This document shows positions 9,277-18,146 of a DNA stretch of 64,000 bases, in pieces. Both the position numbers and the translations under genes were made by a program. The notes under the pieces were generated by a model. The model was not told where the DNA came from, searched no databases, and saw nothing but the letters and a program-made list of their open reading frames with translations. How positions within the stretch are numbered: the stretch's first letter is position 1; each line of letters opens with the position of its first letter. The DNA lies in the IMG/VR virus record IMGVR_UViG_3300042455_001086, positions 124,001 through 188,000 of that record; one strand, given 5' to 3'.

Positions 9277-10377
9277 AACATTATTTTTTTCACCAAAAAT
9301 TAAATAATCCGGATTTATACATTTTGACACTTTTTTACGATCACCGGTTACACATTTAACAACTATACCTTCGTGTGGAACTTTGGTTCCGTCTATAAAA
9401 TTATTAAACACAAAACTATCTTGTTTTTCTTTATTCCAATATCCCCAGTGTAATCTTTCAACTTGTGGTAAGTTTAACACATCAAAGTGTGCACACTCAG
9501 CTGGGTACCCAACATATTCATTATCAACCTCAACATCAAATCCGGCAAATTTTATTTCACTTAAACCGTAGTCATAGTTTTTTTGTATACCAGCGCCATA
9601 TATCTCACCGTATATTATAAAACCACTTTCAAGGTATTCATAAGTATCTTTAACGTGAGACCAAAGTTTTGATCTTATATCATATTTAACAGCAACCTCA
9701 TCCCAAACATCGGTAGAATAAAAACCTTGTGAGTCGGACCCTTTCTCAACATTATGAGATCCGTATACATATTCAAACGCCGCCCATTTATTTCCGAAGA
9801 ATATTTTAACACGGTCAAGTAATGAAAGTTTTTTCTTTTTAACTATTCCATATCTGGCATTGGTTCCGTGAAGTTTACGAGTTATAACAACTTCATCTTC
9901 TTCGTTAAACATATCCGGAACATTCTTCTGATTAGGAAACTTGTAGTATATGTGGAAATTAGGATTTTGATGGTATTTTATTTTTCTACCTCCAGATTGT
10001 AAAGTTATGGTTTTAACTGGTGGTTCGTATTTGAATATCTCAAGTAGTTCCATACAATCTGCCCCTTCGTATCTATATTTATCCGGAACAAAACCTATTG
10101 GTATTATTAAACATTCAGAGTAAACTCCACGAAGTTTTACGGTTCTTACTCTTTGTCCTTTTCTTAAATAATTTGTAACACCCAATCCATCAGAAAGTTT
10201 CTTTGGTATTACAGCGTCAGTAGTAGAAACAACAACCATATCGCCAACCTGGTATTCACCTTTTTTGGTTATTGCTTGCCAACCATTAACTAATACTAAT
10301 TCTATATTGTCAGCACCTGGTATTTCAGATACTGAACCTATCTTACCAACATATGTAACACTATTTAAATTTTCCAT
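9262..10377 (-). CDS. RNA ligase, DRB0094 family
   Basis: N-terminal OB-like IPGADNIE...KLRGVYS; motif I TRKLHGTN; GEIYG; EGIVVK. Confidence 0.9.
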   Translation of the reverse strand: MENLNSVTYVGKIGSVSEIPGADNIELVLVNGWQAITKKGEYQVGDMVVVSTTDAVIPKKLSDGLGVTNYLRKGQRVRTVKLRGVYSECLIIPIGFVPDKYRYEGADCMELLEIFKYEPPVKTITLQSGGRKIKYHQNPNFHIYYKFPNQKNVPDMFNEEDEVVITRKLHGTNARYGIVKKKKLSLLDRVKIFFGNKWAAFEYVYGSHNVEKGSDSQGFYSTDVWDEVAVKYDIRSKLWSHVKDTYEYLESGFIIYGEIYGAGIQKNYDYGLSEIKFAGFDVEVDNEYVGYPAECAHFDVLNLPQVERLHWGYWNKEKQDSFVFNNFIDGTKVPHEGIVVKCVTGDRKKVSKCINPDYLIFGEKNNVGDSH

Positions 10378-10379
10378 TT

Positions 10380-10640
10380 TTATATACTTTCAAATTCTTC
10401 TTTTACTAATTCTATTTCTTTTTTTAATCTTTCAAGTTCCTTAACTATCATTTCTTTGATTACTTCTTTGTTATAAAGAATAACCTCGTCTTTTCTTCGT
10501 GATTCACCTCCTGTTGAGTATGTGATTGTTGCACCCAAAAAACAAGATTTAAGAGATCTTTCCAACTTATACTTCTGATTTTCTAATCTATCAAGTTGTT
10601 CTTTAACTTTTTTTGCTCTTTCAAATGCCTCAAATTCCAT
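10380..10640 (-). CDS. hypothetical coiled-coil protein
   Basis: 86-aa ORF. Confidence 0.7.
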   Translation of the reverse strand: MEFEAFERAKKVKEQLDRLENQKYKLERSLKSCFLGATITYSTGGESRRKDEVILYNKEVIKEMIVKELERLKKEIELVKEEFESI

Positions 10641-10644
10641 AATT

Positions 10645-10776
10645 TTAATCGTTACTTTTCATAGATGGTGTTAATAATAAAGCCCATAAACAATTTGCGT
10701 TTTGGGTAATGTACAATGCGGTTCCTATTAATCCAAAGAACCCTAAATAAATCAAACTAACTCCTAAATATTTCAT
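10645..10776 (-). CDS. 43-aa membrane peptide (not in ORF track)
   Basis: MKYLGVSLIYLGFFGLIGTALYITQNANCLWALLLTPSMKSND, directly after TACCTTTG promoter box at 10781-10788. Confidence 0.6.
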   Translation of the reverse strand: MKYLGVSLIYLGFFGLIGTALYITQNANCLWALLLTPSMKSND

Positions 10777-10800
10777 ATCACAAAGGTATAAATAATTTTT

Positions 10801-11325
10801 TTAATTATCACTATCTTCTTCAAAATAATTTTTCTTCATAGACCTTGGTTCAGTAAAGTCCCACGTCTTACTTTCAAACTCTTTGGTCATCTCGTCAACT
10901 TCCTCTTTTGTCCAAATAGGTGCAAACATAGGCCTGTATCTTAATGGTTTATCTTTACATTCCTCCCACTCATTAACTCTTTTTGTTACATCTTCAACAA
11001 AGTTTTTTTCTTTATTGTATTTAACCCAGTCTCTGTAATCACTTTCAGATTTAATATACATAACGTCACCATAATTTTCAAACTCCATTTCCGGAAATTC
11101 TAAATTGGGGTTGTTAGTATATACATCAACAATACCGTTGTCTCCGTAATACGAATCACAAAGTTCTTTTAACGAATATAAACTACTTGGTCTTTCTTCC
11201 CAAACACTACCAAACTGACGAACAGAACAGATATACAAATATCCATCTTCGTATGACTGTATTTTATTCTCAATTTCATTTCTTAATGAGATAAGTTCGT
11301 CCATTGTTAGTTTATCTAAGTTCAT
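10801..11325 (-). CDS. hypothetical protein
   Basis: 174-aa ORF. Confidence 0.75.
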   Translation of the reverse strand: MNLDKLTMDELISLRNEIENKIQSYEDGYLYICSVRQFGSVWEERPSSLYSLKELCDSYYGDNGIVDVYTNNPNLEFPEMEFENYGDVMYIKSESDYRDWVKYNKEKNFVEDVTKRVNEWEECKDKPLRYRPMFAPIWTKEEVDEMTKEFESKTWDFTEPRSMKKNYFEEDSDN

Positions 11326-11337
11326 ATTATTTGTTTT

Positions 11338-11694
11338 TTATTTATACACGCCATAATCGGTCATATCAACATTTCTTTGTTCCACAATTTGAATTAACTT
11401 TTCAAGTGCAACATCACCTTCAAAAACTTGATTCTCCAAATTATAAACATACCACCCATTTTCACCTAAACAAACTTTAAATTCACCATCTATTTGGGGT
11501 AATAACCATCTAAATGCTTGTTGGAATAGTGGTGCTGAATATCCAATTTCGGGTTGTAATTCTCTATCTGAATAGCAAAAAGCATATCCAATACTATAAC
11601 CCTCATCAACATCATAATATCCAAAACAAGGTTCATCAAATCCAAGTTTTTTCATCCTTAAAGCTAACTCATAAGGTACAAATTCTTTTTCCAT
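11338..11694 (-). CDS. hypothetical phage protein
   Basis: trimmed to MEKEFVPYELA...GFDEPC; promoter box at 11699-11706. Confidence 0.7.
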   Translation of the reverse strand: MEKEFVPYELALRMKKLGFDEPCFGYYDVDEGYSIGYAFCYSDRELQPEIGYSAPLFQQAFRWLLPQIDGEFKVCLGENGWYVYNLENQVFEGDVALEKLIQIVEQRNVDMTDYGVYK

Positions 11695-11695
11695 A

Positions 11696-12109
11696 TTACA
11701 AAGATAAATGTTTTTTTGCATTTTCCAAAAATGATTCAATATTTTTTTTACCAACAGGATTTGCTGAGTGGATCAAATATTCCGGTAATGGTTGGTTCTC
11801 GTCCGCACAATATTCAACAAGAAATTTTGCACAGTCAAGACCAGTTTTTTCTTTGATGTTGTCGTAATCCAAAGTTCCTTTGGTTGCAACATTTCTAAAA
11901 TATTCATCCATTGCAGTATCACCAAGGTCGTGATCAAATGATACAAACTCAGGAGCACCATTTACTTCTAGGTATTGTACGAACTCGTCATAGTTTCTTA
12001 CAACATCCCAATCATTCTCCCAATAAAACTTATTATGTTTATCCGGAACCAATCCAATTGCGTCCTTTGGTGACCGCACGTCATCCAAGAATAATTTGTT
12101 ATTTTTCAT
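11696..12109 (-). CDS. cyclic-phosphate-processing receiver domain protein
   Basis: LFLDDVR, SFDHDLG, TGLDCAKFL, IHSANPVG. Confidence 0.85.
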   Translation of the reverse strand: MKNNKLFLDDVRSPKDAIGLVPDKHNKFYWENDWDVVRNYDEFVQYLEVNGAPEFVSFDHDLGDTAMDEYFRNVATKGTLDYDNIKEKTGLDCAKFLVEYCADENQPLPEYLIHSANPVGKKNIESFLENAKKHLSL

Positions 12110-12626
12110 ATAATCCGTCTTTTTCATCGTCTTTCATCATTTGAATCAATCTAGCTTCTCTCGAATACTTTCGTATAAGTTTGAATATTTCTGTAATATC
12201 TGTAAATTCAGACACTGGACTATCATTTCTACCAGGAAGAAATATCAAAGTAAATCCGTGGTTTGCTTCAAACTTTTCGGTAACTCTAATTCCACAGATC
12301 TCATCAATATAAACCCAAGGAAAGTTTCCCGATAGTTTTACATCAATACCAATTTTTTTCAATCTTTCAACAAAGATAGTAATTTTTTTACTAGTTAAAC
12401 TTGTTGGTGTTTCTTTTTCCATATAAGTTCCAAATTTAGTTTCTTTTGTTTTCATACTAGAATTTTTCCATTCTCTCCAATTATCAAAGTCTTTAAGTTT
12501 TTCTAAAAACTCATCATCCATTTTTTTTGCTTGTTGAATAAGTCGTTTTATTTCATTTTCTGTTAAATGTCTTTCGCCATCTAATTGTTCAACCAACCAT
12601 TCTACTGCTGTCTGTTTTACCTCCAT
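12099..12626 (-). CDS. hypothetical protein (apparent fusion of short modules)
   Basis: KQTAVEWL N-terminal module plus a second module from MKTKETKFG. Confidence 0.65.
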   Translation of the reverse strand: MEVKQTAVEWLVEQLDGERHLTENEIKRLIQQAKKMDDEFLEKLKDFDNWREWKNSSMKTKETKFGTYMEKETPTSLTSKKITIFVERLKKIGIDVKLSGNFPWVYIDEICGIRVTEKFEANHGFTLIFLPGRNDSPVSEFTDITEIFKLIRKYSREARLIQMMKDDEKDGLYEK

Positions 12627-12636
12627 AACATTCTAA

Positions 12637-12948
12637 TTATTTATTTTTTATAATCCATTCAACAATTTCTTCTCTAGTTAAACCAACTAATTTATCTTTA
12701 TATTCTTTGTTAAATTTATCCGCAAGATATAAAGGCATTTCGTGATGTCTCGCCCAAAAATTCCCATTCTCATCAGGTTCAAAAAAGTATATTCTACCAT
12801 ACCCTTTTGTTGGTGGTGGAAGTTTTTCTATATCTTTTCCTGTTGTTAAAATTTTTTTAATCCTAATAACATAAAAGGGTATTACCAACTTTATAAAAAA
12901 TAATAATCTACTTTTAATTTTTTTTAATCTACTTTCTTTTACTTCCAT
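12637..12948 (-). CDS. hypothetical protein flanked by 22-bp direct repeats
   Basis: 103-aa ORF; repeats at 12615-12636 and 12937-12958. Confidence 0.6.
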   Translation of the reverse strand: MEVKESRLKKIKSRLLFFIKLVIPFYVIRIKKILTTGKDIEKLPPPTKGYGRIYFFEPDENGNFWARHHEMPLYLADKFNKEYKDKLVGLTREEIVEWIIKNK

Positions 12949-13105
12949 AACATTCCAAATTTTTATTAGTTACATTCCACAAATCTTTTTTTCCCTCTGT
13001 CATATGACAATTGTGTTTCTTACCGGTTCTCTCAGCAAAATCAACAATAGTATCGTTGTGACGATTACGAATGAAGTGAGGACATTCTTTACAGGGTTTT
13101 TTCAT
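12929..13105 (-). CDS. 58-aa Cys/His Zn-binding protein (not in ORF track)
   Basis: MKKPCKECPH...NCHM...LECYG. Confidence 0.65.
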   Translation of the reverse strand: MKKPCKECPHFIRNRHNDTIVDFAERTGKKHNCHMTEGKKDLWNVTNKNLECYGSKRK

Positions 13106-13338
13106 TAATCAACTAATACAAAGTTTTCAGAACTTAAAAACTTCAACACTCTTTTTTCAGAAGTTGAGTTTATTGCTGGTTTTGTTGCTATATCATTAAG
13201 TCCTTTTGAAAATATGATTTGAAACTTTCTTTTATTACCAGTATAATATGAACCAACATAACAATGTTCGTCTTTATCATTAACAAAGACACCAGATGTT
13301 TTACCCTTCAATAATTGACCTAATGTTTTATTTTCCAT
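13105..13338 (-). CDS. hypothetical protein
   Basis: 77-aa ORF right after a full promoter. Confidence 0.7.
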   Translation of the reverse strand: MENKTLGQLLKGKTSGVFVNDKDEHCYVGSYYTGNKRKFQIIFSKGLNDIATKPAINSTSEKRVLKFLSSENFVLVD

Positions 13339-13342
13339 ATCA

Positions 13343-13373
13343 CAAAGATATAGAAAAAAATCAGATTACCAAA
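13343..13373 (-). promoter_or_regulatory. Bacteroidota-type promoter TTTG-N19-TATCTTTG
   Basis: matches the established -33/-7 consensus; similar boxes at 3321, 5931, 10781, 11699, 17044, 23761, 35512, 36408, 39594. Confidence 0.75.
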
Positions 13374-14603
13374 CTATTTTTTGAAATTGTAGGAAGTTTG
13401 AATTGGTCTTTTACCATACTTTTTTTCCATAAGTTTCTGGTGTAGATCCCAATCTAATATTGATTCATTTGTTTGTTCCTTTTCATCCGGAATCAATGAA
13501 TAAATTTTTGATATTTTTTTCATAAGTTTTGTTGCAACATAATTAAATCTTTCACATTCGTCTTTGAAGAAATCCAACTCTCTATTTTGGTATTTGGTTA
13601 TATGATTTATAAATTTATTCCTAACTTTTTCTTTATTTGGATTTATTTTCTCTCCACCACCCAATAGTTGTGCCATAAACCCATCAAACATACTGTTAAT
13701 CTTTTCTCGTTGTGAATAAAAATAATTATCAAAATTTTCAACTTTAGTATTTACTAAATTAACATATACCAATCTAAGCACCATTTTTATTTTTGTTTCA
13801 TCATCAACATTTGTTTCCATTCCAGCGTGTTCTAATAATCTATCAACCCTTTCCATTTCATTATACAAACTTTCAATCAAATAATCAAATGAAAAATTTT
13901 TAATATCTTGTAATTCTTTATATGCCGTATCATTTGTTATAAAATCATAAAACTGTTCTTTTGTAATACCTTTCTTTAACATTCTAGTTGAGATCTCAGT
14001 TGGTCTTACCAGATTTTCGGTCATTTGAATAAAATAACTGTATCTCATAAACTTATTTAAGATTGGTATTCCAAAATTTAATCTACCTGATGAGTACGCC
14101 TGGTAATCGGCAAGATCGCCTACGAATCCTTTTGTTTTTTTTGTTCTATCGTATTTGTGTTTTAATTCGTGAGCCATAACTGAAACTGTATGTGCTTCAT
14201 CTTCTTGGAATTTTTCTAATATTTCCTCTGGTTCCCACATTTCTGCCGCAACAAAATTAATGTGTAATATTAAAGTTTTATTTACCGGTGAAATCTGCAT
14301 GAGTATAGCATTATCAAAAATAAATTCGTTTGAGACACCCATCGCCGCTATTTCTGGTTTTCCATCGTAATCTTCAACTTCTTGGATTTCAACTATAACT
14401 TTGATATGATCTATTGTTATATCTGAAATTTGTAATTCTTTATCTTCAATATCAAATTCGTATTCTATATCATTTTCATTTATTGATTTTAACTTTTCTA
14501 GAACAATACTATATAGTTCTTCGGCCGCTTCCATAATTCCTTTTGGAACACCAACAGCTTCTGTGATTAGTCTTAATTGATTTTCGGTTATTAGGATTTT
14601 CAT
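13374..14603 (-). CDS. putative virion-packaged zincin-like metallopeptidase
   Basis: HELKH (HExxH) with downstream E; N-terminal MKILITENQLRLITEA; TATTTAT upstream. Confidence 0.6.
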   Translation of the reverse strand: MKILITENQLRLITEAVGVPKGIMEAAEELYSIVLEKLKSINENDIEYEFDIEDKELQISDITIDHIKVIVEIQEVEDYDGKPEIAAMGVSNEFIFDNAILMQISPVNKTLILHINFVAAEMWEPEEILEKFQEDEAHTVSVMAHELKHKYDRTKKTKGFVGDLADYQAYSSGRLNFGIPILNKFMRYSYFIQMTENLVRPTEISTRMLKKGITKEQFYDFITNDTAYKELQDIKNFSFDYLIESLYNEMERVDRLLEHAGMETNVDDETKIKMVLRLVYVNLVNTKVENFDNYFYSQREKINSMFDGFMAQLLGGGEKINPNKEKVRNKFINHITKYQNRELDFFKDECERFNYVATKLMKKISKIYSLIPDEKEQTNESILDWDLHQKLMEKKYGKRPIQTSYNFKK

Positions 14604-14629
14604 AATAATAAATATATTGGAGTTATAGT

Positions 14630-15283
14630 TTATCCAACAACACCAACTAAATCATCCAGGTGGTGATCTCCAGACATATCGGACCCAACTGGTCTTTTAT
14701 CCATAATTTTGATTATTTCATCAATACTATATGGGTCCAATCCATTTCCATCAACACCAACATCCATTTTTTTACCATTACCGAATTTGGCTTCTCGTCC
14801 AAGGTGTGAGTGTCCGTGTAAATGGATAACACCTTTGTTAAGACCATTCCAACTTTGTAATGGATAATGACATAAAACAAAGTTTCTGTCATTTATTCTA
14901 ACTTCCAAGTAGTGATTTACACTTAAAAATCTTGATTGGATATTTTCTTTGTTATTAACTATATGTTGGTCGTGATTACCAAGTATTAGATGAATGTTTT
15001 TACAAATCAATCTTTCTAAGAAAATACCAATATTCTCAAACCCACCAAATGAAACATCACCTAACATAATCAATGTATCGTCCTGACCCACCATATTGTT
15101 AATTCCATCTACCAATCGTTGGTTCATCTGCTCGATAGTTTGAAAATCTCTTGTTGAATCAACTGGGATTTTTCCATCTTGAGTTCTCCAATTCGTCACA
15201 CCACGACAAATATTTTGGTGTCCGAAATGTGTATCGCTCACTATAAACACTTTTCCTATTGTTTCTAATGTTTTAAATTTCAT
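14630..15283 (-). CDS. calcineurin-like metallophosphoesterase
   Basis: SDTHFGH, LGDV, GNHD, CHYP, HGHSH. Confidence 0.9.
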   Translation of the reverse strand: MKFKTLETIGKVFIVSDTHFGHQNICRGVTNWRTQDGKIPVDSTRDFQTIEQMNQRLVDGINNMVGQDDTLIMLGDVSFGGFENIGIFLERLICKNIHLILGNHDQHIVNNKENIQSRFLSVNHYLEVRINDRNFVLCHYPLQSWNGLNKGVIHLHGHSHLGREAKFGNGKKMDVGVDGNGLDPYSIDEIIKIMDKRPVGSDMSGDHHLDDLVGVVG

Positions 15284-15294
15284 AGTTTTTATCT

Positions 15295-16257
15295 TTAAGG
15301 TAAATCATCTAAATAATTATAATCTTCATCTAAATAATTATAATCTATGGTATTATTTAATCCTATCGTTGCACTCGATAGTCCTAACAATTCTTTAATC
15401 CTACCAAGTTGGATATTTCCAGTTGTACTCGGTTGAGGATTACTTATAACAATATCCCCATAATTCGCGTTTCCAGATATGGTATGTCCATAAAAATGTG
15501 GATCATTTGTTAATATTCTATCACTAATTGGGTAGTCAGCTATTTTTCTTACACTTTTCACATTATCACCCCAACCAATTAAATCTCCAGTTGTCTTATC
15601 CCTTTGTAGTTCTTTTCTAATTTTTAAAAACAATTCATCCGGAATAAAGTCAATAAACATTGGATCAACTTCTCTATCTTGTTGATCCCAAGCTTGGAAC
15701 TTTTCATTTCTAAACTCTCTTGAGAATGCGATTTTTGTATCCGTTTTTTTATTTAAAACATAAATCAACCTATGTGTTGTTAAATATTGATTCCAATATT
15801 TTTCTTGTGTTACACACCATTTTGTGTTTGTACCATATACTTTAGATGCTTCAAAACTTAATGGTGTTAGAATAAACCAGGTTTCATCTTCGTGAATATT
15901 TAATATTTCTTTTTCAATTTTTTTTCTGTTTTCAATTTCTTCGGCGACTTTAACGGCTTCGTTTAATTCTAAAAAATTTTTGTATTGACTAATATCTTTA
16001 ATTTTAATTCTATTTGCCTTTGAATGTCTTTCAAATTCATTTAGAGTTTCAACCTCACCGGAACCAAATAGGAATATACCCATATATCCCATAAATTCAT
16101 CTTTGTTAGAACTATAATAATCACTATCTCTTTTAAAATTCTTAATTAAGAACTCTGTATATTTGTAAGAATCCGTTGGATCCAAATGTGAAATAATATC
16201 AATTAGTGATATGTTCAAATCCGGATGTTGTTCTTTTAATCTGTCTAATCTACTCAT
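15295..16257 (-). CDS. PcfJ-like 'TKWC'-motif protein (paralog 2)
   Basis: PLSFEASKVYGTNTKWCV; KYTEFL like KYTQFL of paralog 1. Confidence 0.7.
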   Translation of the reverse strand: MSRLDRLKEQHPDLNISLIDIISHLDPTDSYKYTEFLIKNFKRDSDYYSSNKDEFMGYMGIFLFGSGEVETLNEFERHSKANRIKIKDISQYKNFLELNEAVKVAEEIENRKKIEKEILNIHEDETWFILTPLSFEASKVYGTNTKWCVTQEKYWNQYLTTHRLIYVLNKKTDTKIAFSREFRNEKFQAWDQQDREVDPMFIDFIPDELFLKIRKELQRDKTTGDLIGWGDNVKSVRKIADYPISDRILTNDPHFYGHTISGNANYGDIVISNPQPSTTGNIQLGRIKELLGLSSATIGLNNTIDYNYLDEDYNYLDDLP

Positions 16258-16646
16258 AATTTTATACTAAAACGATTTTTCATTTGTTCTATCTTATCTT
16301 CTGGAACATTGTGTTCGTTGGTATTTCCGTGACGATTTTCAACAATTATAGTAAAAACTTTATATCCAAATTCTTTTGCTAAATCAAAATATGGTGTCAT
16401 CTCCCATTCTTGTGTAAAGGTGTTTGAGACAACAATTTTTTCACGAGCAACGGCCATATCGGTTTTAACCTTATCTAAACACCAAGTATGAGCATTTTTA
16501 ATTTTTGTCCCATCAAATTTATATTCACCGGTATTTGGATCAATAAAATACATATCAGCTTCATAATGTTTTCCACCTAAAGTTTTAGCAAATGTTGATT
16601 TTCCAGCACCACAAATCCCGCGGCATATCACAAGTATTTTTTCCAT
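16254..16646 (-). CDS. P-loop kinase, AAA_33/polynucleotide-kinase-like
   Basis: GICGAGKST, EADMYF, VSNTFT, HNVP. Confidence 0.85.
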   Translation of the reverse strand: MEKILVICRGICGAGKSTFAKTLGGKHYEADMYFIDPNTGEYKFDGTKIKNAHTWCLDKVKTDMAVAREKIVVSNTFTQEWEMTPYFDLAKEFGYKVFTIIVENRHGNTNEHNVPEDKIEQMKNRFSIKL

Positions 16647-16679
16647 AAAACAAAATTAAAAAAAATATCTTATAAAAAC

Positions 16680-16764
16680 AAGAAAAGGAACCATTTCTGA
16701 TTCCTTTAATTTGGGTCGACATTGAATGTCAACTCTCCACCACCTTGTTTTGATAGAACAAGGA
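16680..16764 (-). other. three-hairpin 3' element with terminator
   Basis: CCTTGTT/AACAAGG and GTTGACAT/ATGTCGAC hairpins, then AAAGGAA/TTCCTTTT. Confidence 0.4.
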
Positions 16765-16766
16765 AA

Positions 16767-17039
16767 CTACTTTGTAACCAACGCCTCAATCTTACTTTTA
16801 ACCTGTTCGGTTATTGATATTTCTTTTGTGTTTGTAACTATTATACAATCACCCAATGTTTTTGCTGGTATATTCACATAAAATGTATCTCCATTAAAAA
16901 AAGATAAATTCTCTTTTAATTCAACACTTGCATGAACCATCTTCAAAAATAATTTGAATTGTGTCTGATCCATAAATGTTTCATTTAGTAATTCACCAAA
17001 GGTTTCGTGTAATATTCTTATGTTAAATCCTATTTTCAT
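16767..17039 (-). CDS. hypothetical protein
   Basis: trimmed to MKIGFNI after promoter box 17044-17051. Confidence 0.7.
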   Translation of the reverse strand: MKIGFNIRILHETFGELLNETFMDQTQFKLFLKMVHASVELKENLSFFNGDTFYVNIPAKTLGDCIIVTNTKEISITEQVKSKIEALVTK

Positions 17040-17074
17040 ATCACAAATATAATGAACTTTTTGATATAAAACAA

Positions 17075-17112
17075 AAAATCTCACAAATTATATTACTAAT
17101 CTATGAGATTTT
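17075..17112. terminator. hairpin terminator
   Basis: AAAATCTCA...TGAGATTTT inverted repeat. Confidence 0.6.
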
Positions 17113-17186
17113 AAATTATTACCAACAAAATAAGAAGGATATGTGGTTTTTTTGTGTTTTATAAATACTATGAAATTCACAAAAAG

Positions 17187-17470
17187 TCAAAAATTTTTCA
17201 AAATTTCCATCATATTTTTTGTTTTTTTTGTCTCCGGAAGGTCATTTTTAGTAAAATACCAATAAGATTCAAATTTTTTTTATCAATTTTCAAATGCGTT
17301 TCTTCCTTAAATTCTCTAACAGCAGCATCAATTGGTAATTCATCTTTATCCATATGTCCAGATGGTATAGACCATTCCAATGGTAAAGATTCGTTTTTTG
17401 ATCTTTTACACAAAAGTAATTTATCATTATATTTAACAACAACTCCGGCTATTTTTTTTAATTCAGACAT
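17187..17470 (-). pseudogene. NUDIX hydrolase, internally deleted/frameshifted
   Basis: Nudix box PSGHMDKDELPIDAAVREFKEET; C-terminal YFTKNDLP segment in another frame from ~17258. Confidence 0.7.
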
Positions 17471-17489
17471 AAGATATATTTATATAAAT

Positions 17490-17837
17490 ATGGAGATTTT
17501 ACTTAATAATAATCTGTTGAATGTAAAATGTGTAATGAATTCAAAAGACACTCAAAAAGGAATGATGGGTAGAAAATTTTCAAATGAATTTGATGGGATG
17601 TTGTTTATTATGAATGATAAAGAACACTCATTCTGGATGAAAGACTGTATCATACCATTAGATATTATTTTTATCGAAAATAATAGAGTTTCTAAAATAC
17701 ACCATAACTGCAAACCTTGTAGGCAAGAGCCTTGTAAAAGATACAAAGGTAATGGCGATATGGTTTTAGAGGTTAAAGGTGGTTTCTGTAATGAGTATGA
17801 TATTGAGATTGGTGATATTCTAACTTTTAACGATTAG
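17490..17837 (+). CDS. DUF192 family protein
   Basis: KGMMGR..GMLF..FWMKDCIIPLDIIFI..VLEV; start trimmed to MEILLNN after TATTTAT. Confidence 0.85.
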   Translation: MEILLNNNLLNVKCVMNSKDTQKGMMGRKFSNEFDGMLFIMNDKEHSFWMKDCIIPLDIIFIENNRVSKIHHNCKPCRQEPCKRYKGNGDMVLEVKGGFCNEYDIEIGDILTFND

Positions 17838-18054
17838 ATTTTAATATATCAATATGGTGCTGTAAATACCAAGCGGCTTTTTCCAAATCTTGTATTTCTT
17901 TATCCGGATCTTTCTTCCCGGCTCTTGAAATGTATTTTACCGTGTTGCCCAATGAAAACCCAAGATTCCAAGCATCAATCACCTTTATGGCTTCATAAAT
18001 GTTCGTTTCTCCACCATAATGATTAGGATGATTTACCTGTTCCTTATTTTCCAT
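17827..18054 (-). CDS. DUF3310 family protein
   Basis: VNHPNHY...GNTVKYISRAGKK...DLEKAAWYL. Confidence 0.85.
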   Translation of the reverse strand: MENKEQVNHPNHYGGETNIYEAIKVIDAWNLGFSLGNTVKYISRAGKKDPDKEIQDLEKAAWYLQHHIDILKSNR

Positions 18055-18146
18055 TTTTTTGTTTAAGTTCATTTACGATTCTTCTAATCTCTTCACCCAA
18101 ATCATAATCGTTAGGAAATTTTTTTACTAATTCAATAAGTTCTTTC

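Noticed and set aside
12929-12970. Frameshift in the small Zn-binding gene
   Set aside because: Recounting the homopolymer shows the LECYG end is in frame.
17154-17489. Long N-terminal extension of the DUF192 ORF
   Set aside because: It is antisense to the Nudix gene; the true start fits ATG 17490 after TATTTAT.
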